From NCBI GenBank assembly GCA_002297645.1, contig DBMH01000098.1, positions 45,357-109,356 of the forward strand: a stretch of 64,000 nt of DNA, read 5' to 3'. The stretch comes from Rhodanobacteraceae bacterium UBA703 (lineage in GTDB: Bacteria > Pseudomonadota > Gammaproteobacteria > Xanthomonadales > Rhodanobacteraceae). A program made the position numbers and the translations under genes. How positions within the stretch are numbered: position 1 is the stretch's first letter; the number at the start of each line of letters is the position of its first letter. The notes under the pieces were generated by a model, which worked only from the letters and a program-made list of their open reading frames with translations, did not search any database and was not told where the DNA came from. Of this stretch, positions 18,078 to 27,588 are shown piece after piece.

Positions 18078-20468
18078 TCAGCTGGCGGGGGGCGCGGGCG
18101 TCGCTGCAGGGGCCGTGTCGTGCGTGCTGCGCAGGCGCGCGACGATGGCGTCGAGGGCCCGGTCGAACAGCGGTACCTCCTCGAGCACGATGGCGCTGCC
18201 GCGGCGCAGCTCCACCGCGAGCGCGGCGACGGTCTTGTCGCAGACCTTCAGGCCGCGGCGGTTGACGAACAGGTACTTGGAGCTGATCGGGCTGATCCAG
18301 GAGAGCTTCGCGCGCTCGCGCTGGTCTTCATCGTCGATGAACTCGATCCAGGTGCCGACCTTGAGCTCGCGCACCATGCGGACGAACTCGTCGTCTTCGG
18401 CCAGCGGCTCGGCCGGCGTCTCGGGTTCGACGCTGCCGGAACTGAGGACGACTTCCTCGACCGGGCTCTGCACGGCCACGGCCGGAGCCGGCGCAGCGGC
18501 TTCCGTGTCGGCCTCGGCTGCCGCGGATTCGACCACCGGGCCGAGATTGCTTTCGATGACTTCCTTCGCGCTGCGCGTCTCGACTTTCTGGCCGTCGAGC
18601 AGGCGCCGGTAGAACTGCGACAGCTCCTGCATGAGCTGGCGCACGTCGCTGTCGTGGTAGGCGACCGTGGCGAGGCCGTGCCGCAGGGCCTTCTCGAGCT
18701 GCGGCAGCAAGGCGCGCAGGCGCGTGTGCTCGCTCTCGGTCGTCTTCGGCTGGGCGCTCCAGACGAACTCGTCGGCGAAGCGCAGGGCGTTCTTCCACTC
18801 GTCCGAATCCTCGCCCTGGCGCAGCAGGATCAGCACGAGATAGTTCGCCCACGGGCGCGACAGCACGCTATGCACGACCGGCGGCAGGTCGCGGTTCTCG
18901 ATGCGCTTCAGGATCTCGCGCGCGGACGTACGGCGGGCATCCAGCAGCTTCTCGCGCCCGCGCGTCGCCTCGGCGGCACGCTGTTCGGCGAGATCGGCGC
19001 GCTTGTGGTGCTGTTCGATGAAGTCGTCGAACGACTCCAGCTCCCGCTCGAACACGCCGACGTCGTCGTCGAAGTCGTTGAGCACGCGATCGACGGAGGC
19101 CTTGATGCGATCGTGCAGGCGATGGTCGCGATCGGATTCCTCCGACCAGCCCTTGCCGGCCTCGGCCAGGGTGTCGAGCAGGCGCCGCGCCGGATGCGCC
19201 TTCTGCGCGAACAGGTGCTTGTCGAGGATCGCGACCTTCAGGTAGGGGATCTGCAGGCGGCCGAGGATGGCCTGGATCTGCGCCGGCAGGTTGCGGTCGC
19301 GCAGGATGTACTCGAACAGCATGCCGACGAGGTCGATGGTGTCCTCGTCCGCGCTGGAGACCCGGCGATCCTTCGCGTCCTCGGACAGCCGGTTGACCTG
19401 TTCGAGCAGTTCGCGCTTGATCTGCTGCACGGCCTGCGCCGCGTCGGTGACGCTGTCGGCCTGCGCACGCGCGGCCAGGGACTGGTTCTGCAGGATGGTC
19501 AGCGCGCTGAGCAGGTCGGTCGGGCTGAGACCGGGCGTTCCCGGCGCGCCGCTGCCGGCGGCCGGCACGAAGTCGCCGCTGCCGCGACGGCTCGCCAGCA
19601 AGGAGCGCAGGGTGCCGTAGAGCTCGGCCTGCAACTCGTTCGAGACGTTCGATGCGTAGTAGGGACCGCCCGGTGCGACGTCCCCGATCTCGGCGGAGCC
19701 GTCCGCCACGCCGCCGTGGACGGGTGACGCCGGATTGGGATTGCGCGTCCCCTGCGGGACCGAGTGCCGTACCTGCGGCAGTACGCCGGCGCGGATCAGT
19801 TCGACGTTGACCTCGTCGTAGACGGGTTCGAGCCCCGTCATCACGTAGCGGTCGAACAGCTTGTAGACGATCAGCTTGACCTGCACGTTGACGTCGAACT
19901 CGCGCACCGCCACGCGGAACGCCTGCCCCAGCGCGGCCGGTCCGATCGGATTGTTCGAGTCCTCGACCTTGCCGCCGCCGATGATCACCGACAGGCGCTG
20001 GTTGAGCTGGTACATCGCGCGGGTGAGCCGGTTCTCCGCTTTCGCGACCATGCTGGTGACGGCCAGCGATTCCTCCAGTTCCTGGTCGTCGACCAGCGAC
20101 AGGCCGCTGTTCGGCGACTGCGGCGCGACTTCCGGCCGCGCCGTGCGCAGCTTGCCTTCCGCGAAGTCGGTGAAGGCCTTGGTCGCCTGCTCCTGGAACA
20201 GGCGCTCGACCAGTTGGCGCTTCTTGCGCACCTCGCGCATGCCGTCGAAGTACTCGGTCTGCACGGCGTTGCTGCCGGCGCGCTCGGCGAGGTCGAACAG
20301 CGCGTCGTCGACGTTCTCGAACAGCGTGTTGACCAGGGCGTTGATGCGTTTGAGCGAGATGCCCCGGACGAGCTTGAGCAGGTCGCCGAGGCGGTCGCTG
20401 CTGGTGGCCGCGGCCACCTGGCGCTGCTGCAGGTCGACGACGTTCTGGGATTCGTTGACGGATGTCAT
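18078..20468 (-). CDS. DUF1631 family protein
   Basis: LFDLAERA..N..Q..YFD.MR, LQIPYLKVAILD..LF....HPARRLL, C-terminal KLSWISP...KYLFVNRRG. Confidence 0.85.
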   Translation of the reverse strand: MTSVNESQNVVDLQQRQVAAATSSDRLGDLLKLVRGISLKRINALVNTLFENVDDALFDLAERAGSNAVQTEYFDGMREVRKKRQLVERLFQEQATKAFTDFAEGKLRTARPEVAPQSPNSGLSLVDDQELEESLAVTSMVAKAENRLTRAMYQLNQRLSVIIGGGKVEDSNNPIGPAALGQAFRVAVREFDVNVQVKLIVYKLFDRYVMTGLEPVYDEVNVELIRAGVLPQVRHSVPQGTRNPNPASPVHGGVADGSAEIGDVAPGGPYYASNVSNELQAELYGTLRSLLASRRGSGDFVPAAGSGAPGTPGLSPTDLLSALTILQNQSLAARAQADSVTDAAQAVQQIKRELLEQVNRLSEDAKDRRVSSADEDTIDLVGMLFEYILRDRNLPAQIQAILGRLQIPYLKVAILDKHLFAQKAHPARRLLDTLAEAGKGWSEESDRDHRLHDRIKASVDRVLNDFDDDVGVFERELESFDDFIEQHHKRADLAEQRAAEATRGREKLLDARRTSAREILKRIENRDLPPVVHSVLSRPWANYLVLILLRQGEDSDEWKNALRFADEFVWSAQPKTTESEHTRLRALLPQLEKALRHGLATVAYHDSDVRQLMQELSQFYRRLLDGQKVETRSAKEVIESNLGPVVESAAAEADTEAAAPAPAVAVQSPVEEVVLSSGSVEPETPAEPLAEDDEFVRMVRELKVGTWIEFIDDEDQRERAKLSWISPISSKYLFVNRRGLKVCDKTVAALAVELRRGSAIVLEEVPLFDRALDAIVARLRSTHDTAPAATPAPPAS

Positions 20469-20580
20469 GGTGCGATACCTGCGTCGCTGCCGGCGCTTCC
20501 CCCGACGTACGGGCCGCATGCTCCCGCAGGGCCGGTTACGGCGTTGTGAAACCTGTCACTCGGGAAGGTCGGCCGTCGAA

Positions 20581-20850
20581 TCATGGGCGCGGGAAGTCCG
20601 CCAGTTGCGAGGTCTCGATGGATTCGTCGACCAGCATCACCGGGATGTCGTCGTCGACGCGGTAGATCCGGCGGCTGTCGCGCGTGACCAGGCCGGCGGC
20701 GAGGGTCCGCCCGACCGCGCTGCCGGCGTGGTCGCGGACGTCGCCGGCGGCGATCGCCCGGTTGAGGACGGAGAGCTCGGGCGGGTCGAGCGGGCGCAGC
20801 GGCGCCTTCGTCAGCGGGCAGCAGAGGATGTCGAGCAAGCGCTTGTCCAT
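20581..20850 (-). CDS. Trm112 family protein
   Basis: [15 protein letters not shown]...[11 protein letters not shown]. Confidence 0.88.
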   Translation of the reverse strand: MDKRLLDILCCPLTKAPLRPLDPPELSVLNRAIAAGDVRDHAGSAVGRTLAAGLVTRDSRRIYRVDDDIPVMLVDESIETSQLADFPRP

Positions 20851-20923
20851 GGGCATCCGGATTGCGCCGGGCGGTGGCCGGTGCGAATGTGCGTACAATA
20901 GCGATTTACGCGTGCCACGACCA

Positions 20924-21424
20924 ATGACAGAGCGCCCAAAAATCGGAGTCGTCATGGGGTCCCGCTCGGACTGGGACACGATGCGCCATGCGGCGGAAAC
21001 GCTGGAGCGGCTGGGCGTTCCCCACGAGGTCCGCGTCGTTTCGGCGCACCGCACGCCCGACCTGCTGTTCGACTATGCCGACCAGGCGATCGGGCGCGGC
21101 CTGTCGGCGATCATCGCCGGCGCCGGCGGCGCCGCGCACCTGCCGGGCATGCTGGCCGCCAAGACGCGGCTGCCGGTGCTCGGCGTGCCGGTACAGTCGC
21201 ACGCGCTCAATGGCATGGATTCCCTGCTGTCGATCGTGCAGATGCCGGCGGGGATTCCCGTCGCGACCTTCGCGATCGGCCGCGCGGGCGCGATCAACGC
21301 GGCGCTCTGCGCCACCGCGATCCTCGCCGGCGCCGATGCCGAACTCGCGGCGCGGCTCGACGCGTTCCGCCGCGAGCAGACCGACACCGTCCTGGCCCAT
21401 CCGGATCCGCGCGAGACGGCATGA
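20924..21424 (+). CDS. purE: N5-carboxyaminoimidazole ribonucleotide mutase
   Basis: [35 protein letters not shown]. Confidence 0.97.
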   Translation: MTERPKIGVVMGSRSDWDTMRHAAETLERLGVPHEVRVVSAHRTPDLLFDYADQAIGRGLSAIIAGAGGAAHLPGMLAAKTRLPVLGVPVQSHALNGMDSLLSIVQMPAGIPVATFAIGRAGAINAALCATAILAGADAELAARLDAFRREQTDTVLAHPDPRETA

Positions 21425-21448
21425 GCAGGTGCGAGCCGGGGGTCTTCA

Positions 21449-21559
21449 CCTCTCCCTCCTCGGGTAGAGGATGCGCCGCAGGCGCGGCTGGGAGCGTCCG
21501 GAGCGAGGTGTCCCGCTCCGCTCACCCTCGTCCCATCCCTTTCCCGGCGACGGGAGAGA
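21449..21559. repeat. Degenerate palindromic intergenic element (CCCTCTCCC...GGGAGAGG / CCCTCACCC type) inside purEK
   Basis: CCTCTCCC-TCCTC-GGGTAGAGG ... CTCACCC ... CTTTCCCG-GCGA-CGGGAGAG nested hairpins. Confidence 0.6.
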
Positions 21560-21623
21560 ACATGTCAGTGCCGCGCGGATCCTCCCCGCACGGACTTTGC
21601 GAAGAATTCGGGTCGTCCCGCAC

Positions 21624-22760
21624 ATGCAAACGATAGGTATCCTGGGCGCCGGCCAGCTGGCCCGCATGCTCGCACTGGCCGGCGCACCGCTCGGCCTGCG
21701 CTTCCTCGTCGTCGATACGGCGGCCGATGCGTGCGCGGGGCAGGTCGCCCCCCTGCTGCTGGCGGACTGGCGCGACTTCGACCGGCTCGCCGATTTCGCG
21801 TCACGAATCGACGTGGCGACGTTCGATTTCGAGAACGTGCCGGCCGAAACCGCGCAGTGGCTGACGGAGCACGTGCCGGTGTTCCCGAACCCGCGCGCGC
21901 TGGCGACGTCGCAGGACCGCCTGGAAGAGAAGACGCTGTTCCGCCGCATTGGCCTGGAGACACCGGATTTCGAGGCGGTCGACAGTCGGGACGACCTCGC
22001 CCGGGCCGTCGAGCGCCTCGGCGTGCCGTCCATTCTCAAGACACGCCGGCTCGGCTACGACGGCAAGGGCCAGTTCCGCCTGAAATCGCCGGCCGACGTC
22101 GACGCGGCCTGGGCCGCGCTCGGTGGCGCGCCGTCGATCCTCGAGGCCTTCGTGCCGTTCGAGCGCGAGCTGTCGGTCGTCGCCGTACGTTCGCGCGAGG
22201 GGGAATTCCGCGCCTATCCGCTGACGCAGAACTGGCACGCCGACGGCATCCTTTCCGCCAGTCTTGCACCCGCGCCGGACAGCGAGGCGCTGGCGCCGCT
22301 CGCGTTCGCGCATGCCCGGCGCATCGCCGAGGAACTGGACTACGTCGGCACCTTCGCGCTGGAACTGTTCGTCCAGGGAGGCCGATTGCTCGGCAACGAG
22401 ATGGCGCCGCGCGTGCACAACTCCGGCCACTGGACGATCGAAGGGGCGCCGGCCAGCCAGTTCGAGAACCATCTGCGTGCCGTGCTCGGCCTGCCGCTCG
22501 GCGACACGTCGGCGCTCGACATCCACGTCATGCTGAACTGGGTCGGCGAACTGCCGCCGGCGACGCCGATCCTGGCCGAGCCGCGTGCGCACTGGCACGA
22601 CTATGGCAAGAGTGCGCGTCCCGGCCGCAAGGTCGGCCACGCGACAGTGTGCGCTCGCAGCGCGGAGGAGATGCGCGAGCGCCTGACCCGGCTCGGCAGG
22701 GCGCTCGGGCGAGAGGAACAGGTCGCTCCCGTGCTGGCCGTATTGAAGGGCGCGGGCTGA
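21624..22760 (+). CDS. purK: N5-carboxyaminoimidazole ribonucleotide synthase
   Basis: GILGAGQLARM, DRLEEK, LGYDGKGQ, NEMAPRVHNSGH, RPGRKVGH. Confidence 0.96.
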   Translation: MQTIGILGAGQLARMLALAGAPLGLRFLVVDTAADACAGQVAPLLLADWRDFDRLADFASRIDVATFDFENVPAETAQWLTEHVPVFPNPRALATSQDRLEEKTLFRRIGLETPDFEAVDSRDDLARAVERLGVPSILKTRRLGYDGKGQFRLKSPADVDAAWAALGGAPSILEAFVPFERELSVVAVRSREGEFRAYPLTQNWHADGILSASLAPAPDSEALAPLAFAHARRIAEELDYVGTFALELFVQGGRLLGNEMAPRVHNSGHWTIEGAPASQFENHLRAVLGLPLGDTSALDIHVMLNWVGELPPATPILAEPRAHWHDYGKSARPGRKVGHATVCARSAEEMRERLTRLGRALGREEQVAPVLAVLKGAG

Positions 22761-22856
22761 TCCGGTCCATGGGGCGTGCCGTCACCGAATGCCGCACGGA
22801 CGACGGAGTACGCCAACGCCTGGGGGATGCCGGTACGTCCCCGTTCCGGGCCGTGG

Positions 22857-22900
22857 CAAAAACGAAAACGCCCGCGTCGGCGGTAGGCCGGCGCGGGCGT
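22857..22900 (-). terminator. Intrinsic terminator after sodB
   Basis: Minus strand ACGCCCGCGCCGGC...GCCGACGCGGGCGT then TTTCGTTTTT. Confidence 0.7.
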
Positions 22901-22943
22901 GGTTTCCCGGATGCGGGCGGCGCGGAAGCTGCGCCGTCGCCGG

Positions 22944-23522
22944 TCAGGCCATCTGGCTCGCCACGAAATCCCAGTTGACGAGGTTCCAGAACGCCTCGAC
23001 GTACTTCGGGCGCGCGTTGCGGTAGTCGATGTAGTAGGCGTGCTCCCACACGTCGCAGGTCAGCAGCGGACGATCCGTGCCGGTGATCGGCGTGCCGGCG
23101 TTCGACGTGCTGGCGAGCGCGAGGCTGCCGTCCGGGCGCTGCACCAGCCAGCCCCAACCGGAGCCGAAGGTTCCGACGCTGGTCTTGGTGAACTCGTCCT
23201 TGAACTGGGCGAAGCCGCCGAACGCCTTGTTGATCGCGTCGGCGAGGCGGCCGGTCGGCTCACCGCCGCCGTTCGGCGCCAGGCAGTTCCAGTAGAACGT
23301 GTGGTTCCAGATCTGCGCGGCGTTGTTGAACATGCCGCCGGAGGACTTCTTGATGATCTCCTCGAGGGAGAGGTTCTCGAACTCCGTGCCCTTGATCTGG
23401 TTGTTGAGGTTCGTGACGTAGGTCTGGTGATGCTTGCCGTAGTGGTAGTCGATGGTTTCCGCGGAAATGTGCGGAGCCAGCGCGTCGCGCGCCCACGGAA
23501 GCGGAGGAAGTTCGATCGCCAT
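22944..23522 (-). CDS. sodB: Fe superoxide dismutase
   Basis: [16 protein letters not shown] (Fe-type signature), DVWEHAYY. Confidence 0.96.
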   Translation of the reverse strand: MAIELPPLPWARDALAPHISAETIDYHYGKHHQTYVTNLNNQIKGTEFENLSLEEIIKKSSGGMFNNAAQIWNHTFYWNCLAPNGGGEPTGRLADAINKAFGGFAQFKDEFTKTSVGTFGSGWGWLVQRPDGSLALASTSNAGTPITGTDRPLLTCDVWEHAYYIDYRNARPKYVEAFWNLVNWDFVASQMA

Positions 23523-23671
23523 CGGGAGTCTCCTTGCCGACTGGTGGAGGAAAACGGAGGGGTCTCGCAGTCTATGGAGTCGCGCCCTCCCAAATCAACC
23601 GAACCGGTGCGAACTGGTACCATGCGGGCCTCGACGCGATATCGCGCCGCGCCTTCCATCCGAGAGTCATC

Positions 23672-23986
23672 ATGGACGTCATCGAACGCATCAAGTCCAC
23701 CGTCGAATCGCAGCCGATCGTGCTGTTCATGAAGGGGACGCCGCAATTCCCGATGTGCGGTTTCTCCAGCCGCACCGCGCAGGCGCTGAAGGCGGTCGGG
23801 GCGAGCTTCCATTCGGTCAATGTGCTGGAAGATCCCGAGATCCGCGCGAACCTGCCGCGTTACTCCAACTGGCCGACGTTCCCGCAGTTGTTCATCAACG
23901 GCGAGTTGATCGGCGGCTGCGACATCACGCTGGAGCTGTACGAGTCCGGCGAGCTGGAGCGCCTGGTCCAGGACACGCAGGGCTGA
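23672..23986 (+). CDS. grxD: Monothiol glutaredoxin Grx4
   Basis: MKGTP..PMCGFS, WPTFPQL, GGCD. Confidence 0.96.
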   Translation: MDVIERIKSTVESQPIVLFMKGTPQFPMCGFSSRTAQALKAVGASFHSVNVLEDPEIRANLPRYSNWPTFPQLFINGELIGGCDITLELYESGELERLVQDTQG

Positions 23987-23988
23987 TC

Positions 23989-24759
23989 GTGCTCGATCAC
24001 GTACGCCCGGCGGACGGCACGCCGTCGCCCGCCGCCGATTCCCTGCGCGATCGCGTGGTGCTCGTCACCGGTGCCACCGGAGGCCTCGGCCGAGCCGTTG
24101 CGCTGGCCGCGGCGGCGGCTGCCGCCACGGTGGTGCTGCTGGGACGCAAGGTGCGTCCGCTCGAAAAGCTCTACGACGAGATCGAGGCGCTCGGTGCGCC
24201 GACACCGGCGATCTATCCGATGGATCTGGCCGGAGCGACGCCGCGTGATTTCGCCGAGCTGGCCGCGGCGGTCGAGCGCGGCGTCGGTCGCCTGGACGGG
24301 CTGGTGCACGCCGCTGCGCATTTCGACACCCTGCAGCCGTTCGAGCAGCAGACTGCCGCGGAATGGACGCGTTCGCAGCAGGTCAACCTGCATGCGCCGG
24401 CGCTGCTGACCCAGGCCTGCCTTCCGTTGATGCGGCGCTCCGATGATGCGGCGATCGTGTTCGTGTTCGACGACGTGGAACGCGTCGGCAAGGCGTTCTG
24501 GGGCGGATACGGCGTCGCCAAGCACGGCCTTGCCGGTCTCGCTTCGATCCTTCACCAGGAAACGGACAGCTCGACCGTCCGCACGCATGCGCTTCTGCCG
24601 GGCCCCATGCGGACCGCCCTGCGCCGCGCCGCGTACTACGGTGAGAACACCCTGGTCCATCCGGAGCCGGCGTTCGCGGCCGCTGCCGCCGTTTGGCTGC
24701 TCGGTCGCGAAGGCGCCGCGTTGCGCGGCAAGGTGCTGGACCTGCGCCCGACGGTTTGA
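23989..24759 (+). CDS. YciK-like short-chain dehydrogenase/reductase
   Basis: TGATGGLG, YGVAK catalytic motif, PGPMRT; GTG start just after grxD. Confidence 0.88.
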   Translation: MLDHVRPADGTPSPAADSLRDRVVLVTGATGGLGRAVALAAAAAAATVVLLGRKVRPLEKLYDEIEALGAPTPAIYPMDLAGATPRDFAELAAAVERGVGRLDGLVHAAAHFDTLQPFEQQTAAEWTRSQQVNLHAPALLTQACLPLMRRSDDAAIVFVFDDVERVGKAFWGGYGVAKHGLAGLASILHQETDSSTVRTHALLPGPMRTALRRAAYYGENTLVHPEPAFAAAAAVWLLGREGAALRGKVLDLRPTV

Positions 24760-24985
24760 CCGGCCTCTGGAGTCCGTACTCCAGCGCCTGGTCCTACAAT
24801 GACGCAGTAGGACCCGTCCCGGAGGGAAGCGGTGCCGCATCGCGTGTCCGCGCGCCGGCGCGGGAAGCCGCGACGTCATCGGAGCCTGCTTGCTGGCCGC
24901 GGCGGAGCCCGCGGTTCCGTACCTCCGGGTTTGCCACCGGAGCCGCACCCCTGCAGCAACCAACGGAAAGCCCATGGAAAGTTCG

Positions 24986-25585
24986 ATGAGCACGCTGTCC
25001 GCCGGTGTCCTGTTGTTCCTCATCATGGACCCGGTCGGAAACATCCCGCTGTTCCTCAGCGTCCTGAAGAACTGCGCACCCGAGCGACGCATGCTGGTGA
25101 TCGTGCGCGAGATGCTGATCGCGCTGGTCACGCTGTTCGCGTTCCTGTTCGGTGGCCAGTACCTGCTGCATTTCCTCCAGCTCAAGCAGGAATCGGTGGC
25201 GATCGCGGGCGGGATCATCCTGTTCATCATCGGCGTGCGCATGATCTTTCCTCCCCAGAACGGCATCTTCGGCGGGGAGGAAGGCAGCGAGCCGTTCATC
25301 GTGCCGCTGGCGATCCCGGCCGTGGCCGGTCCGTCGACGATCGCGGCCGTCATGCTGCTGGCCAACAGCCACCCGGGGCGCACGGTCGACTGGAGCGTGG
25401 CCCTGCTCGTCGCCTGGCTGCTGACCTTGCTGATCCTGCTGTCGTCGACCTTCCTGTTCCGCATCCTCGGCCTGCGCGTGCTGACGGCGATGGAGCGCCT
25501 CATGGGCATGCTGCTGGTCGCGCTGTCGGTACAGATGTTCCTCGACGGCGTGGTCGCATACGTGAAGCTCGCCATTTCACATTGA
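24986..25585 (+). CDS. MarC/YhgN family membrane protein
   Basis: MDPVGNIPLF, AGGIILF, IVPLAIPAVAGP, ERLMGMLL. Confidence 0.92.
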   Translation: MSTLSAGVLLFLIMDPVGNIPLFLSVLKNCAPERRMLVIVREMLIALVTLFAFLFGGQYLLHFLQLKQESVAIAGGIILFIIGVRMIFPPQNGIFGGEEGSEPFIVPLAIPAVAGPSTIAAVMLLANSHPGRTVDWSVALLVAWLLTLLILLSSTFLFRILGLRVLTAMERLMGMLLVALSVQMFLDGVVAYVKLAISH

Positions 25586-25661
25586 GGCGTACGACCGGCA
25601 GGCGCAAAGCTGTTGTAATACGGGGACGCTAGCGTGCCGAGAATGTCTGGGGAGATGTGCC

Positions 25662-27410
25662 TTGATCAGCGTTGAACGCACGTTCTACGAGAAGTTTCCG
25701 CGGCTTGCCGAAGGCAAGGCGCGTGCGTTCTCGCTGCCGGTCGTCGGACTGCTGCGCAGGATCGCCTGCGAGGAACGCATCAACACGATGCTCAGCGGAG
25801 GCGAGTCGCTGAGCGGTTTCGAGTTCATCGACTTCGCGCTGCACGAGCTGAACATCCGCTACGAGGTCGCCAACACCGACCGCGAGAACATCCCTTCGGA
25901 AGGGCGCGTCGTCATCGTCGCCAACCATCCGCTCGGTGCGATGGACGCGCTGACCCTGATCCAGCTCGTGGGCTCCGTTCGGCGCGACGTCAAGATCCTC
26001 GCCAACGACATACTCCTGAAACTCGAGCCGCTGGCGCCGTTGTTTCTGCCGGTGCCCGTGTTCGGCGGCAACGGCATGAGCGCGATGCGCGAGGCCTATC
26101 GCGCGCTCGAGCGCGAGGAGGCCGTCATCGTGTTCCCGGCGGGAGAAGTCTCGCGCATGAGCTCGAAGGGCGTGCGCGACCTCGGTTGGTCGACCGGCTT
26201 CGCGCGCCTCGCCCTGAAGACCGGCGCGCCGGTCTTGCCGGTGCACATCGCCGCACGCAATTCGCCGATGTTCTACGGCGTGTCGATGCTGGCCAAGCCG
26301 CTGGGCATGCTGCTGCTCGCGCGCGAGATGTTCGGCGCATCGAATTCGCGCATCGAGTTCCAGGTCGGCGAAATGGTGACGGCCGAGACGCTGATGCAGT
26401 CGAAGCTCGACGTCGACGGCATTGCCAGGCACATGCGCCGGCACGTCTATCGGCTCGCGCGCCGGCGTCCGACCGTGTTCCCCACCTCCGCCGCCGTTGC
26501 GCATCCGGAGCCGCTCGAGGCCGTGCGCCGCGCGCTGGATGCCGCGGAAGTGCTCGGCAGCACCAGCGACGGGAAGCAGATCCTGCTGCTCGACGCTACC
26601 CCGGACAATCCGGCCCTGCGCGAAATCGGACGGCTGCGCGAACTGTCGTTCCGCCGCGTCGGCGAAGGGACCGGAGCCCGCCGCGACCTCGATCGCTACG
26701 ACGCGTGGTACCGCCATGTCGTTCTCTGGGACGAGCCGTCCCGGACCATCGTCGGGGCCTACCGGCTGGGTGAGGCGGGTCCGATCCTGCGCGAGCGCGG
26801 CCTCGACGGCCTGTACTCGGCCAGCCTGTTCGACTACGCGCCGGAAGCGTCGGCCTTCCTGCCGGAGGCCGTCGAGCTCGGCCGCAGCTTCGTGCATCCG
26901 GCCTGGTGGGGATCGCGCAGCCTCGACTACCTCTGGCAGGGAATCGGGGCCTACCTGCGCACGCGGCCGGACGTGCGCTATCTGTTCGGGCCGGTCAGCC
27001 TCAGCGCGATGCTCCCGCTCGAAGCGCGTGAGTGGATCGTGCACTACCACGGTCACTACTTCCGCGACGGCGACCGGCTGGCGCGGGCGCGCAATCCTTT
27101 CGTCATCTCCCGCGAGGCGGCCGAGGCGGCGAACGCCGACTGGGCCGGGCGCTCGCCGGGCGAGGGGCTGAGCCTCCTGAAGCAGCGCCTGGCGGGAATG
27201 AAGGCACAGCTGCCGACGCTCTACCGCCAGTACGCGGACCTGTGCGAGCCCGCTGGCGTTCGATTCCTCGACTTCGGCGTCGATCCGGCCTTCGGCGGCT
27301 GTGTCGACGGTCTGGTGCGGCTGGACCTGGCCTACCTGAAGCCGGTCAAGCGCGCGCGCTACATCGACGGGGCGCGCGGACCTGCTGCATCGCAGCAGAA
27401 TTCATCCTGA
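25662..27410 (+). CDS. Bifunctional acyltransferase (PlsC-like O-acyltransferase fused to GNAT N-acyltransferase), OlsF-like aminolipid/ornithine lipid synthase
   Basis: NHPLGAMD and FPAGEVS in N-half; EIGRLRELSFR.VGEG, DLDRYD, VGAYRLG, ELGRSFV in C-half; TTG start. Confidence 0.8.
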   Translation: MISVERTFYEKFPRLAEGKARAFSLPVVGLLRRIACEERINTMLSGGESLSGFEFIDFALHELNIRYEVANTDRENIPSEGRVVIVANHPLGAMDALTLIQLVGSVRRDVKILANDILLKLEPLAPLFLPVPVFGGNGMSAMREAYRALEREEAVIVFPAGEVSRMSSKGVRDLGWSTGFARLALKTGAPVLPVHIAARNSPMFYGVSMLAKPLGMLLLAREMFGASNSRIEFQVGEMVTAETLMQSKLDVDGIARHMRRHVYRLARRRPTVFPTSAAVAHPEPLEAVRRALDAAEVLGSTSDGKQILLLDATPDNPALREIGRLRELSFRRVGEGTGARRDLDRYDAWYRHVVLWDEPSRTIVGAYRLGEAGPILRERGLDGLYSASLFDYAPEASAFLPEAVELGRSFVHPAWWGSRSLDYLWQGIGAYLRTRPDVRYLFGPVSLSAMLPLEAREWIVHYHGHYFRDGDRLARARNPFVISREAAEAANADWAGRSPGEGLSLLKQRLAGMKAQLPTLYRQYADLCEPAGVRFLDFGVDPAFGGCVDGLVRLDLAYLKPVKRARYIDGARGPAASQQNSS

Positions 27411-27443
27411 TGTTACAAATTCGTCATCAATCGCTGTTAAACT
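27399..27443 (+). promoter_or_regulatory. Pho-box-like 11-bp direct repeats with a downstream -10 element
   Basis: TTCAT (27401), GTTAC (27412), GTCAT (27423) at exact 11-bp period; TAAACT begins after a 10-nt gap. Confidence 0.55.
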
Positions 27444-27588
27444 ACGGTTAACAGCTGGCCGGACCGACGAGGGTCCGGCTGTTTTTGGGGCCACAGAAGT
27501 TCGCCATGAGGGCCTCCCCCGACGGGGAGAGGGCCAGTGGCTACTTTCGTGTCAGCAGTCTTCAGATGCATTTGAGGAATCAGCAGCA

